Shown here: positions 34,478 through 44,154 of the stretch, piece by piece | How the letters are laid out: every line of letters begins with the position of its first letter | How positions within the stretch are numbered: the first letter of the stretch is position 1 | NCBI GenBank assembly: GCA_043813255.1 | Contig: JBDRLG010000150.1 | Location: 1 to 54,045 of the forward strand | Direction: 5' to 3' | DNA length: 54,045 nucleotides | From: Candidatus Omnitrophota bacterium | GTDB lineage: Bacteria > Omnitrophota > Gorgyraeia > Gygaellales > Profunditerraquicolaceae | The notes under the pieces: generated by a model | The model's input: only the letters and a program-made list of their open reading frames with translations | Databases searched by the model: none | Told to the model about the DNA's origin: nothing | Made by a program: the position numbers and the translations under genes

Positions 34478-34611
34478 ATCTTTTTACGGTAACGGTATAG
34501 GAAAGTACCTGTATCTATTATAATTATCCGGAAAGATAGGCCTTTTTATACATTTTAAGGAAGGGTTTATCGCCAAAGGTGATTTTTTTGTACGCAAAGG
34601 AGGTGAATACA

Positions 34612-34881
34612 TTGGTTGTTGTTAAAGAAAAGAAAAAAGAGCTTATTGATGATTTTAAGATTCATACAAAAGATACTGGATCAGCCGAAGTTCAGATAGC
34701 GCTTTTGACTGAGAGGATTAATAGTTTGGGAGGGCATTTTAAGTCCCATAAAAAAGACCATCATTCCAGGCGCGGTCTTTTAAGCCTTGTAGGCAGGCGG
34801 CGCAGGCTGTTGACTTATCTTAAAAAGAAAAATATTAAAAAATACGAAGAAGTACTTAATAAATTAAAGTTAAGGAAATAG
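34612..34881 (+). CDS. rpsO: 30S ribosomal protein S15
   Basis: The motifs are [19 protein letters not shown] and [12 protein letters not shown]. The TTG start at 34612 sits 8 nt after an AAGGAGG RBS. The ATG at 34579 in the track adds a non-homologous N-terminus. Confidence 0.9.
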   Translation: MVVVKEKKKELIDDFKIHTKDTGSAEVQIALLTERINSLGGHFKSHKKDHHSRRGLLSLVGRRRRLLTYLKKKNIKKYEEVLNKLKLRK

Positions 34882-34925
34882 CGCTTCAGGTATTTTTTGA
34901 TTTACATAATAGAAAGGTATGGATT

Positions 34926-37007
34926 ATGCAAATTAGCACAATTAAGACTGTTTTGGGTAAAAATGAGTTGATTTTAGAAACAGGAAAAATCGCAAAGCAG
35001 GCAAACGGTTCAGTAAAAGTTCAATATGGCGGGACAGTTGTTTTGGTTACCGTGTGTATGTCAAAAAAGGCAAGAGAAGGGATGTCTTTTTTCCCTTTGA
35101 CCGTGGAATATCAGGAAAAGACTTACGCGGCAGGCAAGATTCCTGGAGGTTTCTTTAAACGTGAAGGAAGGCCGTCTGAGAGTGAGATATTGGCTGCCCG
35201 CCTTATAGACAGGCCTATTAGGCCGTTATTTCCAAAAGGCCTTTTAAATGATATTCAGATAATTGCTATAGTTTTGTCCAGTGATGGGGAAAATGATCCT
35301 GATGTCTTGGCGCTTGTTGGGGCGTCTACGGCATTATCCATATCAGATATACCTTTTAATGGCCCGTTAGGCTGCTGCCGTGTTGCTTATGTTGATAACC
35401 AATTTGTAATTAATCCTACCTATGCTGAGTTAGAGAAAGCGAATTTAGAAGTTATTGTGGCGGCGAATAGCAAAGGCGTAGTTATGCTTGAATCAAAGGC
35501 CAATGAAGTATCAGAAGAATTATATAAAGAAGCGGTAAAAATAGGTTATGAAAGCCTGCAGGGTGTCATTCGTATGCAGGAAGATTTTGTTCAACAGGTT
35601 GGTAAACCTAAAGCGCGGATTGAATGCAAAAAAGCAGATCCGGAATTTTTAAAAAATGTTGAAGAATTAAGCAAGGATAGGCTAAAAGATATTTATAAAT
35701 TAGCTAGTAAGGAAGGAAGAGAAGAACAGGTAGATTTATTAGCTAAGGAATTGGAAGGGAAGCTTGTTACTGAAGAATGCAGTGCCGCGGATGTTAAGAT
35801 GGCTCTGGAAACGGTAGAAAAAACACAGGTAAGAAATAAAATATTACAAGATAACGTGAGAATTGATGGCAGGGGTTTTAAAGAAATCCGTCAGATTAGC
35901 TGTGAAGTTCCTTTTTTGCCAAGGACACATGGTTCCAGCCTTTTTACCCGCGGACAAACTCAAAGCCTTGCGGTTACTACTTTGGGTACCGGACGAGATG
36001 AACAGTTAGTAGAGGCTTTGGAAGGAGAGAAATATAAAAATTTTATGCTGCATTATAATTTTCCTCCTTTTAGCGTTGGTGAAACCGCGCCGCTTCGCGG
36101 CCCGGGGCGCAGGGATATAGGCCATGGCGCTTTAGCTGAAAAATCTCTTTCAGCAGTTATGCCTTCTAAGGAAAAATTTCCTTATACTGTAAGGGTTGTT
36201 TCTGAAATTTTGGAATCTAATGGTTCTTCGAGCATGGCTACAGTATGCGCGGCAACATTATCTTTAATGGATGCGGGCGTACCTATTAAAGATGCTGTAA
36301 GCGGAATAGCGCTAGGTTTGATTAAAGAAGGTGAAAAAGAATTGATATTAAGTGATATTGCCGGGTTAGAAGACCACTTCGGAGATATGGATTTTAAAGT
36401 TGCGGGTACAAAACAGGGAATTACTGCTGTACAGTTAGATCTTAAAATAGATGGTATATCCCTTGATTTGTTAAATCGTTGTTTGGATCAGTCGCTGGAA
36501 GGCAGGTTGTTTATTCTGGGTAAGATGAATGAAGCTATTAATCAGCCTAGAGCACAGCTTTCTTCTTACGCTCCGCGCATAGATATAATTAAAGTTAATC
36601 CTGAGAAAATCGGAACGCTCATAGGGCCGGGAGGAAAAACTATAAAGAAAATAATTGCTACTACAGGGGCAGATATAGATATACAGGATGACGGAAGCGT
36701 TTTTGTATCTTCGACTGAAGAGGCCAAGTCTCAAAGCGCGATCCAGATGATAAAAGCCCTTACAGATGAAGTTGAAGTTAACCGGATTTACATGGGTAAA
36801 GTAAAACGCATTATGCCGTTTGGCGCTTTTTGTGAGATCGCTCCCGGAAAAGAGGGGTTAGTTCATGTTTCTGAATTATCAGATACCTTTGTAAAAGATA
36901 TTGATACAATAGTAAAAGTTGGAGATGAATTTAAGGTTAAAGTTGTAGGAATAGATGAATTGGGCAGGGTTAATTTAAGCAAAAAACAGGCTTCGCAAGA
37001 AAACTGA
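34926..37007 (+). CDS. pnp: polyribonucleotide nucleotidyltransferase (PNPase)
   Basis: It has two RNase PH domains (FFKREGRPSE, GSSSMA), a KH domain (GPGGKTIKKI) and an S1 domain. Confidence 0.95.
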   Translation: MQISTIKTVLGKNELILETGKIAKQANGSVKVQYGGTVVLVTVCMSKKAREGMSFFPLTVEYQEKTYAAGKIPGGFFKREGRPSESEILAARLIDRPIRPLFPKGLLNDIQIIAIVLSSDGENDPDVLALVGASTALSISDIPFNGPLGCCRVAYVDNQFVINPTYAELEKANLEVIVAANSKGVVMLESKANEVSEELYKEAVKIGYESLQGVIRMQEDFVQQVGKPKARIECKKADPEFLKNVEELSKDRLKDIYKLASKEGREEQVDLLAKELEGKLVTEECSAADVKMALETVEKTQVRNKILQDNVRIDGRGFKEIRQISCEVPFLPRTHGSSLFTRGQTQSLAVTTLGTGRDEQLVEALEGEKYKNFMLHYNFPPFSVGETAPLRGPGRRDIGHGALAEKSLSAVMPSKEKFPYTVRVVSEILESNGSSSMATVCAATLSLMDAGVPIKDAVSGIALGLIKEGEKELILSDIAGLEDHFGDMDFKVAGTKQGITAVQLDLKIDGISLDLLNRCLDQSLEGRLFILGKMNEAINQPRAQLSSYAPRIDIIKVNPEKIGTLIGPGGKTIKKIIATTGADIDIQDDGSVFVSSTEEAKSQSAIQMIKALTDEVEVNRIYMGKVKRIMPFGAFCEIAPGKEGLVHVSELSDTFVKDIDTIVKVGDEFKVKVVGIDELGRVNLSKKQASQEN

Positions 37008-37115
37008 TTGTGTGAAGTGTAATGTGTAATGTGTAATGATTTTTTCAATTTTATTCCATAATAAAATCATTAGGACTGCATTACACTTTACACATTAAAC
37101 ATTACACAATTTTTT
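37008..37115 (+). terminator. ~100-nt imperfect palindrome built from tgtgtaa heptamers, ending in a T-run. It is the likely pnp terminator.
   Basis: The left arm is ttgtgtgaagtgtaatgtgtaatgtgtaatgatttt and the right arm is aaaatcatt...cattacactttacacattaaacattacacaa, followed by tttttt. Confidence 0.6.
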
Positions 37116-37118
37116 AAA

Positions 37119-39311
37119 GTGAGAAAGCAACGAATAAATGAGATTCAGGGTGTTATTCTGATATCAGCCGGCCTTATTATCCTGGCTAGCTTAATATCAT
37201 TTACTCCTTTTGACCTTAGTTTTTACACTTCTCATCCTAATATCCCTCCTAAAAACTTCATCCGTGGTTTTGGCGCTTATTTTGCCGGGATATTATTCTT
37301 CCTTTTTGGCAAATCAAGCTTTGTTATTCCATTTCTTGTTTTATTTCTAGGGGGTAGATTATTTAAACAGGATAAACCTGATTTGCGTTTTCCGAAAATC
37401 TTAGGTTTTCTAATTTTAATATTATCAATAAGTTCCCTTATTGGTACATTTACTTTAAAAAACGCGGCAATCAAGTTTTCACACGCGGGTTTTTTAGGGT
37501 TTATTATTTCCAGCTTTACTACGGCATATTTTGGAAAACTTGGCAGCAGCATACTTTTTCTTACCTTAATTATCTTATCGTTTGTATTGGTCACAGACAT
37601 TTTGATATCCACTTTTTTTGTTAATATTCTGGGCAGGATAGAGTCGTTTCTTGCGCCTTTAGCGATATTCAAAAAAACTAAACCACGCGCAAAAGAGAGA
37701 AGAGAATTTTCTAATTTGAGGGAAGAGAAAGTAAATAAAAAGAGATCTTTTGTTGCGGAATTAAAATCAAAAATAAGCGCGAGTATCCCAAAAATCAATC
37801 CAGAGATTAAACCCAAAATTCAGATAAAATCTAAAATTGAAACTGAGTCTGAAATAAAGCCCCGTCCCCAGCAGGTTAAGGCAGGGGATTATATCCTTCC
37901 ATCATTAGATTTACTTGATTCTCCTCCTAACGTTGAAGCAAGGCAAATTAAAGATGACCTTAAAGCGAACGCTCAGATATTAGAAGAGACTTTGGAAGAT
38001 TTTGGAATTTCCGCTAAGGTAACTGATATTGAGAGAGGCCCGGTAATTACCCGTTATGAACTTGAGCCTGCGCCGGGAGTTAAGTTAAACCGTATTGTAG
38101 CTTTAGGTGACGATATTGCTTTAGTTATGAAAGCTCCGTCTATAAGGATTGTCGCTCCGATTCCGGGAAAGGCCCGTGTTGGCATAGAGGTTCCTAATCC
38201 TCAGAGCAGCCTTGTTTATTTAAAAGAATTATTGGCTTCGGAAGATTTTCAAAAATCGAGTTCAAAATTAAGCCTTACTTTAGGCAAAGATATAGCTGGC
38301 CATCCGGTAATAACTGATTTGGCTGATATGCCGCATCTGTTAATCGCCGGAACTACAGGCGCGGGAAAGACAGTTTGTGTAAACAGCTTAATTCTTTCTA
38401 TGCTTTATAAAGCTTCGCCTAATGATTTGAAACTTTTAATGGTTGACCCTAAAATGGTAGAATTAGCTCCGTTTAACGGTATGCCGCATTTATTATGCCC
38501 TGTAGTTACTGACGCTAAAAAAGCCGCTATAGCTTTAGGATGGGTAGTTAATGAGATGGAAGAACGTTATAAGCTTCTCGCGAAAGCCGCGGCGCGCAAT
38601 ATCGCTTCTTATAATCAGAAAGAAGAGAATAAATTGCCTTATATAGTTGTTATTATAGACGAGATGGCTGATTTGATGATGATTGCCCGCGACCAGATTG
38701 AGAGCGCGATTACGCGTATCGCGCAATTATCGCGGGCGGTAGGGATACATTTAATTATGGCAACACAAAGGCCGTCAGTGGATGTTATTACAGGAGTTAT
38801 AAAAGCAAATTTTCCCGCGCGTATTTCATTTAAAGTGGCTTCAAAAGTGGATTCCCGGACTGTTTTGGATATGAATGGAGCGGATAAATTATTAGGCAAA
38901 GGGGATATGTTATTTTTGCGCCCCGGAGAAGCAAAATTAATACGCGCGCAGGGATGCCTTGTTAAAGATAAAGAAATCGAAAGAGTAGTAGATTTTATTA
39001 AAGCTCAGGCTCAGCCGGTTTATAATGAAGAGATAGTTAAAGACCAGCAGAAATCCGGGCTTACTAACGGAGAAAAAGACGATATATATGATGAGGCTGT
39101 CCGGATAATAATGGAGACTAATCAGGCTTCTGTATCTATTTTACAGAGGCGCCTGCGGTTGGGATACACCCGCGCGGCACGTATTATAGACGTAATGGAA
39201 CAGGAAGGTTTAGTCGGCCCTTTTGAAGGAAGCAAGCCTCGTAGAATACTGGTAGATAGAGACGACTGGCTGATGAAGGGAATTAAAGAGAAGGTATCAG
39301 AGAATGGGTAA
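37119..39311 (+). CDS. ftsK: DNA translocase FtsK
   Basis: It has N-terminal TM helices, Walker A GTTGAGKT, Walker B VVIIDEMADL and a gamma wHTH domain (ILQRRLRLGYTRAARIIDVMEQEGLV). The start codon is GTG. Confidence 0.92.
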   Translation: MRKQRINEIQGVILISAGLIILASLISFTPFDLSFYTSHPNIPPKNFIRGFGAYFAGILFFLFGKSSFVIPFLVLFLGGRLFKQDKPDLRFPKILGFLILILSISSLIGTFTLKNAAIKFSHAGFLGFIISSFTTAYFGKLGSSILFLTLIILSFVLVTDILISTFFVNILGRIESFLAPLAIFKKTKPRAKERREFSNLREEKVNKKRSFVAELKSKISASIPKINPEIKPKIQIKSKIETESEIKPRPQQVKAGDYILPSLDLLDSPPNVEARQIKDDLKANAQILEETLEDFGISAKVTDIERGPVITRYELEPAPGVKLNRIVALGDDIALVMKAPSIRIVAPIPGKARVGIEVPNPQSSLVYLKELLASEDFQKSSSKLSLTLGKDIAGHPVITDLADMPHLLIAGTTGAGKTVCVNSLILSMLYKASPNDLKLLMVDPKMVELAPFNGMPHLLCPVVTDAKKAAIALGWVVNEMEERYKLLAKAAARNIASYNQKEENKLPYIVVIIDEMADLMMIARDQIESAITRIAQLSRAVGIHLIMATQRPSVDVITGVIKANFPARISFKVASKVDSRTVLDMNGADKLLGKGDMLFLRPGEAKLIRAQGCLVKDKEIERVVDFIKAQAQPVYNEEIVKDQQKSGLTNGEKDDIYDEAVRIIMETNQASVSILQRRLRLGYTRAARIIDVMEQEGLVGPFEGSKPRRILVDRDDWLMKGIKEKVSENG

Positions 39312-39327
39312 TGATGGAGCGAGGGCT

Positions 39328-40140
39328 ATGGAAACTATAGGTGCAAGGCTTAAAAAAATCAGGTTAGAAAAAGGGCGCAGCCTCGAAGACGTTCATAGAG
39401 ACACAAAAATACATTTTAATGTTTTAAGGGCGTTAGAAGAAGACAGCCTTATGAATTACAGCCCTGTATATATAAAAGGGTTCCTGAAAATTTATTGTCA
39501 TTATTTAGGGGTTAATCCGGACGAATTTATAATTGAGGCTAAAAAAAGTAAACCCTCTGTTGAAACTATAGGCGAGGTTAAGAAACAGGCTTTGCCGGAT
39601 AATAAACCTTCTGTTTTTATATCAGCAGCAGCGGCTTTATTAAAATTTATCCGTGGTAAGGTTAAAATAATTATCGGGATTGTTATTGTTTTTTTTCTTC
39701 TTATGGGGTTATTTAAAATCGGTAAATTTATGATTCTGAAAATAGGACAGTGGTCTAAACGCCCAAAAACAGAGGCAGTTGTATCTATCTCTAAACAAAA
39801 AGAAAAACCCGCGCCCGCGGCTAAAAGATCTAAAAAAAATAATAGTGTAGTAAAAACAGAAAATAAGGCAGCCGTTTCTTCAGGGGTAAAATTGACTATC
39901 CGCGCAAAAGATAATTGCTGGTTGCAGGTAAAAAGCGATGGGAAAAATATTTTTCAAGGTATTTTGCGCAAGGGAAGAGTTGAAGGCTGGAAGGCAAATG
40001 AGAAAATAGAATTATCCGTGGGAAATGCCGGTGTATTGGAGTTAGAAGTCAATGGCAAGATTCTTTCAAGCCTTGGCAGAAAAGGCCAGTCGATTAAAAA
40101 TATTTTAATTACAAAAGACGGATTGAGTACATCGAGATAA
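39328..40140 (+). CDS. rodZ: RodZ-like cytoskeleton protein (HTH, TM segment, DUF4115)
   Basis: It has an XRE-type HTH (IGARLKKIRLEKGRSLEDV), a single TM segment and a C-terminal DUF4115 pattern (CWLQVKSDGK...GNAGVLELEVNGK). Confidence 0.75.
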   Translation: METIGARLKKIRLEKGRSLEDVHRDTKIHFNVLRALEEDSLMNYSPVYIKGFLKIYCHYLGVNPDEFIIEAKKSKPSVETIGEVKKQALPDNKPSVFISAAAALLKFIRGKVKIIIGIVIVFFLLMGLFKIGKFMILKIGQWSKRPKTEAVVSISKQKEKPAPAAKRSKKNNSVVKTENKAAVSSGVKLTIRAKDNCWLQVKSDGKNIFQGILRKGRVEGWKANEKIELSVGNAGVLELEVNGKILSSLGRKGQSIKNILITKDGLSTSR

Positions 40141-40155
40141 AAAAGCGGCTTTTTT

Positions 40156-40353
40156 CCCTCGCCCCAACGAGGCTGTGCCAAATGAAGCTTTTGGGAGTAT
40201 TTGTGTCATTGCGAGGAGTGAAACGACGAAGCAATCTCGACGAGGATTAAGATTGCTTCCCCTGCACCATACGGTGCAGGGTCGTAATGACACTCAAAAA
40301 TGGCCATTTGACCCAGTCTCCAACGGGGAGAGCCTGCCTGCCGGTAGGCAGGA
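40156..40353. repeat. ~175-bp nested palindrome, GTCATTGCGAG family (long copy 3), plus a gcctgcctgccggtaggcagg unit
   Basis: It is collinear with 13644..13820. The outer stem is changed to ccccaacgaggctg/cagtctccaacgggg. Confidence 0.85.
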
Positions 40354-40382
40354 GTAAGGGTGAGGGAACAAGAGGTTTTTTT

Positions 40383-41630
40383 ATGGAAATGAAACATAAG
40401 ATAGGAATATTGAATTTAGGCTGTCCGCGAAATATCGTGGACGCGGAGAATATTTTAGGCAGGTTATCTTTAAAAGGTTATCAGATAACAGAGATAGCTA
40501 AAGCTGATATTGCTATAATTAATACCTGTGCTTTCATAGACGAGGCAAAAAAAGAGTCTGTAGACGCTATATTGGATTTAATTGAGTTAAAGAAAGAAGG
40601 CAGACTTAAGAAAGTTATTGTTGCCGGCTGCCTTGTCCAGCGGTATAAAGATAAATTAAGTAAAGAACTTTCGGAAGTAGACGCTTTTCTGGGAAAAATC
40701 AGCCTGAATCACAGCTCAAACAGGTTTGCTATAACTCCTAATCATTATGCCTATCTTAAAATATGCGAAGGCTGCGTAAACAATTGCAGCTATTGTGTTA
40801 TTCCCAAAATAAAAGGCAAATTTAAGAGCTTGCCTATAGAATCGGTATTAGACAGGGTTAGTTCTTTGAATAAGAAAAAAATTTCCGAATTAAATATTAT
40901 CGGGCAGGATATTTCCGGGTATGGCATAGATTTATACGGCAAAAGGAACCTGCCGGAGCTTTTGAAGAAAATAATAAAAACCGCCAAAGATATAAATTGG
41001 ATTAGGCTTTTATACCTTTACCCTGATTTAATTGTCCATGATTTAATAGAGTTGATAAAAGATAATCCTAAGATTTGCAGGTATATTGATTTGCCTGTTC
41101 AGCACATAAATGACAGGGTGCTTAAATTAATGAACAGGCAGAGGATGAAAAAAGATATACTTCAGTTGATTAATAAGCTAAGGAAGAATATCCCAGATAT
41201 AGTTTTGCGGACATCTGTGATTGTGGGGTTTCCTTCTGAAACCGAACAAGAATTTAAAGAATTGCTTGAATTTATAGAGGAAGCCCAATTTGAAAGGCTG
41301 GGAGCGTTTATTTATTCCCGTGAAGAAGGGACTCCAGCGTATAATTTTAAGCCGCAAATTAACCATAAAGTTAAGGTAGAGCGGTTTAACGCGGTGATGT
41401 CCGCCCAGCAGAAAATTTCAAGCCGGATAAATGAAAAATTTCTTGGTAAGACAATAGAAATCCTGATAGAAGAAAAAAATAAGGATTATTATTTAGGCAG
41501 GAGCCAGTATGATGCCCCTGAAGTTGATGGTGTAGTTTATGTGAAAACTCAGCGGAAGCTCTCTCGTGGAGAATTTGTCCAAGCAAAAATTATTGATACT
41601 CTGGAATATGATTTAGTAGGAGAGGCTTAA
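40383..41630 (+). CDS. rimO: ribosomal protein S12 methylthiotransferase RimO (MiaB-family radical SAM)
   Basis: The N-terminus reads LGCPRNIVDAE, the radical SAM motif is CEGCVNNCSYCVIP, and there is a C-terminal TRAM domain. The upstream extension in the track lies in the repeat. Confidence 0.75.
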   Translation: MEMKHKIGILNLGCPRNIVDAENILGRLSLKGYQITEIAKADIAIINTCAFIDEAKKESVDAILDLIELKKEGRLKKVIVAGCLVQRYKDKLSKELSEVDAFLGKISLNHSSNRFAITPNHYAYLKICEGCVNNCSYCVIPKIKGKFKSLPIESVLDRVSSLNKKKISELNIIGQDISGYGIDLYGKRNLPELLKKIIKTAKDINWIRLLYLYPDLIVHDLIELIKDNPKICRYIDLPVQHINDRVLKLMNRQRMKKDILQLINKLRKNIPDIVLRTSVIVGFPSETEQEFKELLEFIEEAQFERLGAFIYSREEGTPAYNFKPQINHKVKVERFNAVMSAQQKISSRINEKFLGKTIEILIEEKNKDYYLGRSQYDAPEVDGVVYVKTQRKLSRGEFVQAKIIDTLEYDLVGEA

Positions 41631-41650
41631 TATAAAGAAAGGATAGCATA

Positions 41651-42229
41651 GTGAATATTGCCAATCGTTTGACAGTTTTAAGGATTATCCTTACATTTGT
41701 ATTTATGTTTTTTTTATTTTGCCATGGGCTTTGGGCAAAAGCTGTTGCGCTTATAGTTTTTATTTTAGCGGCATTATCTGATTATTTTGACGGCAGGATA
41801 GCGCATAAAAGAAATATGGTTACGGATTTCGGAAAACTTATGGATCCCATCGCGGATAAGATTTTGGTGATCGCCGCTTTCGCGGCCTTTGTTCAGATGC
41901 AGCTTATTGCCGCGTGGATGTTTGTAATTATCATCTCGCGTGAATTAATTATAACTTCTTTAAGGCTATTTGCCCTTAATAAAGGCAAAGTTTTATCAGC
42001 AACTAAAGCAGGCAAGCATAAAACCGTTTCTCAAATGGCGGTTATATTTTTAATACTAGGGTTTATAGTGTTAAAAGAAGTTATGTTGACATTTTTTACC
42101 TGGAATCCCGCTTGGGAAAATCTTTTTAGGCAGGGGATTTATGTATTAATGCTTTTGACCGTAGGCCTTACCCTATATTCCGGCTTGTCTTATCTTTGGG
42201 AAAACCGCAAGATAATCGCTAAATTTTAG
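41651..42229 (+). CDS. pgsA: CDP-diacylglycerol--glycerol-3-phosphate 3-phosphatidyltransferase
   Basis: The CDP-alcohol phosphatidyltransferase motif is DYFDGRIAHKRNMVTDFGKLMDPIADK. The start codon is GTG. Confidence 0.85.
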   Translation: MNIANRLTVLRIILTFVFMFFLFCHGLWAKAVALIVFILAALSDYFDGRIAHKRNMVTDFGKLMDPIADKILVIAAFAAFVQMQLIAAWMFVIIISRELIITSLRLFALNKGKVLSATKAGKHKTVSQMAVIFLILGFIVLKEVMLTFFTWNPAWENLFRQGIYVLMLLTVGLTLYSGLSYLWENRKIIAKF

Positions 42230-42234
42230 TAATA

Positions 42235-42323
42235 GGGGACGTCCCAAAAAGGGACACCCTTCATTACTCTAAAAGTATAAAATAATATGATAAAAGAAGG
42301 GTGTCCCTTTTTGGAGCGTCCCC
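42235..42323. repeat. GGGGAC-family palindrome (28-bp arms)
   Basis: The arms are ggggacgtcccaaaaagggacacccttc and gaagggtgtccctttttggagcgtcccc. The pgpA ATG lies in the loop. Confidence 0.8.
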
Positions 42324-42799
42324 ATAAATTTTCCCATAAATTTTGTAATTTTTTCGTAAAAACAATAAGCACATTTTTTGGCGCAGGCTATTTGCCGTTT
42401 ATTCCCGGAACATTCGGCAGTGCCGCCGGAATTACGTTATATTTTATTGTCAGACAGAATATTTTATTATACACATGTGCAATTTTTGTGGTAACTATTT
42501 TAGGATTTCTTACCGCTGGAAAAGCCGCGAAAGTATTTAACAAAAGAGACCCCTGTTGTGTAGTAATAGACGAAGTAGCCGGCATGCTCATAAGCCTTAT
42601 GTTTATCCCGCATGATTTAAAGTGGGTAATTACAGGTTTTCTGGTATTCAGGCTAATGGATACCTTAAAGCCATTCCCCGCCGCAAGAATAGAGCGCCTG
42701 CATGGAAGCTTGGGTATTATGGGCGATGATATTGTGGCAGGGATTTATACGAATATCGTGCTTCAGCTTGTTTTAAGGCTGGGTTTATGTGCGGGTTAA
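42287..42799 (+). CDS. pgpA: phosphatidylglycerophosphatase A
   Basis: The motifs are FGAGYLPFIPGTFGS, VVIDEVAGM and FRLMDTLKPFP. The first ~12 codons are encoded by the repeat arm. Confidence 0.85.
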   Translation: MIKEGCPFLERPHKFSHKFCNFFVKTISTFFGAGYLPFIPGTFGSAAGITLYFIVRQNILLYTCAIFVVTILGFLTAGKAAKVFNKRDPCCVVIDEVAGMLISLMFIPHDLKWVITGFLVFRLMDTLKPFPAARIERLHGSLGIMGDDIVAGIYTNIVLQLVLRLGLCAG

Positions 42800-42894
42800 T
42801 TTTTGAATAACGTAAAGGGAAATTACTTTACAAATTCATAATTTATAGTAAAGTAGATTTTATATAGATAATTTTAAGCCGAGTGAGGATTATT

Positions 42895-43194
42895 ATGGTT
42901 AAGATAAATAAAATAGTAGAAACAATTCATGAGAATAATGAAGAAATACGAAATTATGGCGTGAAGAATATTGGTGTTTTTGGTTCGTTCGTAAGAGCGG
43001 CTCAAAGCAGAAAAAGCGATATTGATATACTTGTTGAGTTTAATAGGGGCGAGAAAGTATTTGATAATTATATGGATTTAAAATTTTATCTGGAGAAACT
43101 TTTCCGCCGTAGAGTAGATTTAGTAATCAAAGAAGCCATAAAGCCGAGAATAAAGCATCAGATACTTAAAGAGGTGATCTATGCGAGATTATAA
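42895..43194 (+). CDS. mntA: nucleotidyltransferase antitoxin MntA
   Basis: The motif GVFGSFVRAAQSRKSDIDILVEF is present. A GTG at 42883 is an alternative start. Confidence 0.8.
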   Translation: MVKINKIVETIHENNEEIRNYGVKNIGVFGSFVRAAQSRKSDIDILVEFNRGEKVFDNYMDLKFYLEKLFRRRVDLVIKEAIKPRIKHQILKEVIYARL

Positions 43195-43510
43195 GCTTTA
43201 TTTAGATGATATAGTGATAGCGATAAAGAAGATTGAAAAATATTCAAGGAATTTAAGCCTTCAGAGATTAAAAAAGGAAAGTTTGATTATTGACGGAATT
43301 GCTAGGAATTTAGAGATTATTGGAGAGGCAGCAAAGAATATACCTCATACTGTAAAAGAAAATTATCCTGATATCGAATGGAAAAAGATTGCGGGATTAA
43401 GAGATATTTTAGCCCATGAATATTTTGGTATAGATATAGATGTCCTTTGGGATATTGTTAAAAATAAACTGCCAGATTTGAAAAAGAAAGTTTATCATAT
43501 TTTAAGGTAA
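43181..43510 (+). CDS. hepT: HepT (DUF86) HEPN toxin
   Basis: It carries the RDILAHEYFGID (Rx4H) motif. It overlaps mntA by 14 nt. Confidence 0.8.
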   Translation: MRDYKLYLDDIVIAIKKIEKYSRNLSLQRLKKESLIIDGIARNLEIIGEAAKNIPHTVKENYPDIEWKKIAGLRDILAHEYFGIDIDVLWDIVKNKLPDLKKKVYHILR

Positions 43511-43564
43511 AAAATATATTTTATTGACTTCCTTCCAGACCCGCGAAGAGTATTTTGGGAGAAG

Positions 43565-43879
43565 TTAATCAAGCGCCTGGGCGAATTTAATTGCTTTATT
43601 AATTTGTTCTATTTTTTCGGCTCTTAGAGAACAAATTCTTTTAGTAATGATTGCTTTTCTGATTGTGGTAATTGTATCTAAATTTATTACGTATTTATGA
43701 GGCAAACCGTCTTTTTCATCTAATTGTACTTCCACGGGAATATTACGTATAGTTGTGGTTATTTGAGCAATAGAAACTGCGTTACGCGCTTCATAGGCTT
43801 CATCCCGGGAAAGTAAAACTACCGGACGCCTGCCAATAGGCTCAGGTTGTTCTGCCCACCAGACTTCGCCCCGTTTCAT
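43565..43879 (-). CDS. mazF: MazF/PemK family endoribonuclease toxin
   Basis: The N-terminus reads MKRGEVWWAE...GRRPVVLLS, and the size is typical of the family. Confidence 0.8.
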   Translation of the reverse strand: MKRGEVWWAEQPEPIGRRPVVLLSRDEAYEARNAVSIAQITTTIRNIPVEVQLDEKDGLPHKYVINLDTITTIRKAIITKRICSLRAEKIEQINKAIKFAQALD

Positions 43880-44133
43880 TCTAATTTTTCTTTTTTAAAT
43901 GCTTCTGCCGATGCCTGTTCCATAGCCGTTATTTCTTTAATAGATTCAGGTTTTTTCTTATAGCCGTCCTGGTAGCGTTTGATTGATTCTTTTTGTTCTC
44001 TGTAGTCTAACCAAAAACGGATAGCTTTGTCTATAATAGTACTACGGTCAAATCCCAATTTTTTGCGGATTTGTTCTAATTTATAGAAATCTTCTTTTGG
44101 TAAACTTATGGCGATCTTTAAAGTATTACGCAT
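43876..44133 (-). CDS. ribbon-helix-helix (CopG-like) antitoxin
   Basis: The N-terminal strand IAISLPKEDFYKLEQI is followed by helices. It overlaps mazF by 4 nt. Confidence 0.7.
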   Translation of the reverse strand: MRNTLKIAISLPKEDFYKLEQIRKKLGFDRSTIIDKAIRFWLDYREQKESIKRYQDGYKKKPESIKEITAMEQASAEAFKKEKLE

Positions 44134-44154
44134 TCTTAATTTCTCTTTCTAATG

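Noticed and set aside
37277-37816. Long antisense ORFs inside well-supported genes (37277..37816- in ftsK, 12035..12478- in recJ, 50018..50506- in ribD, 27937..28362- in the Gly-repeat gene, 2002..2325- in the M16 peptidase)
   Set aside because: The sense strand carries unambiguous conserved-domain proteins. The antisense products are low-complexity, with no RBS and no recognisable motifs.
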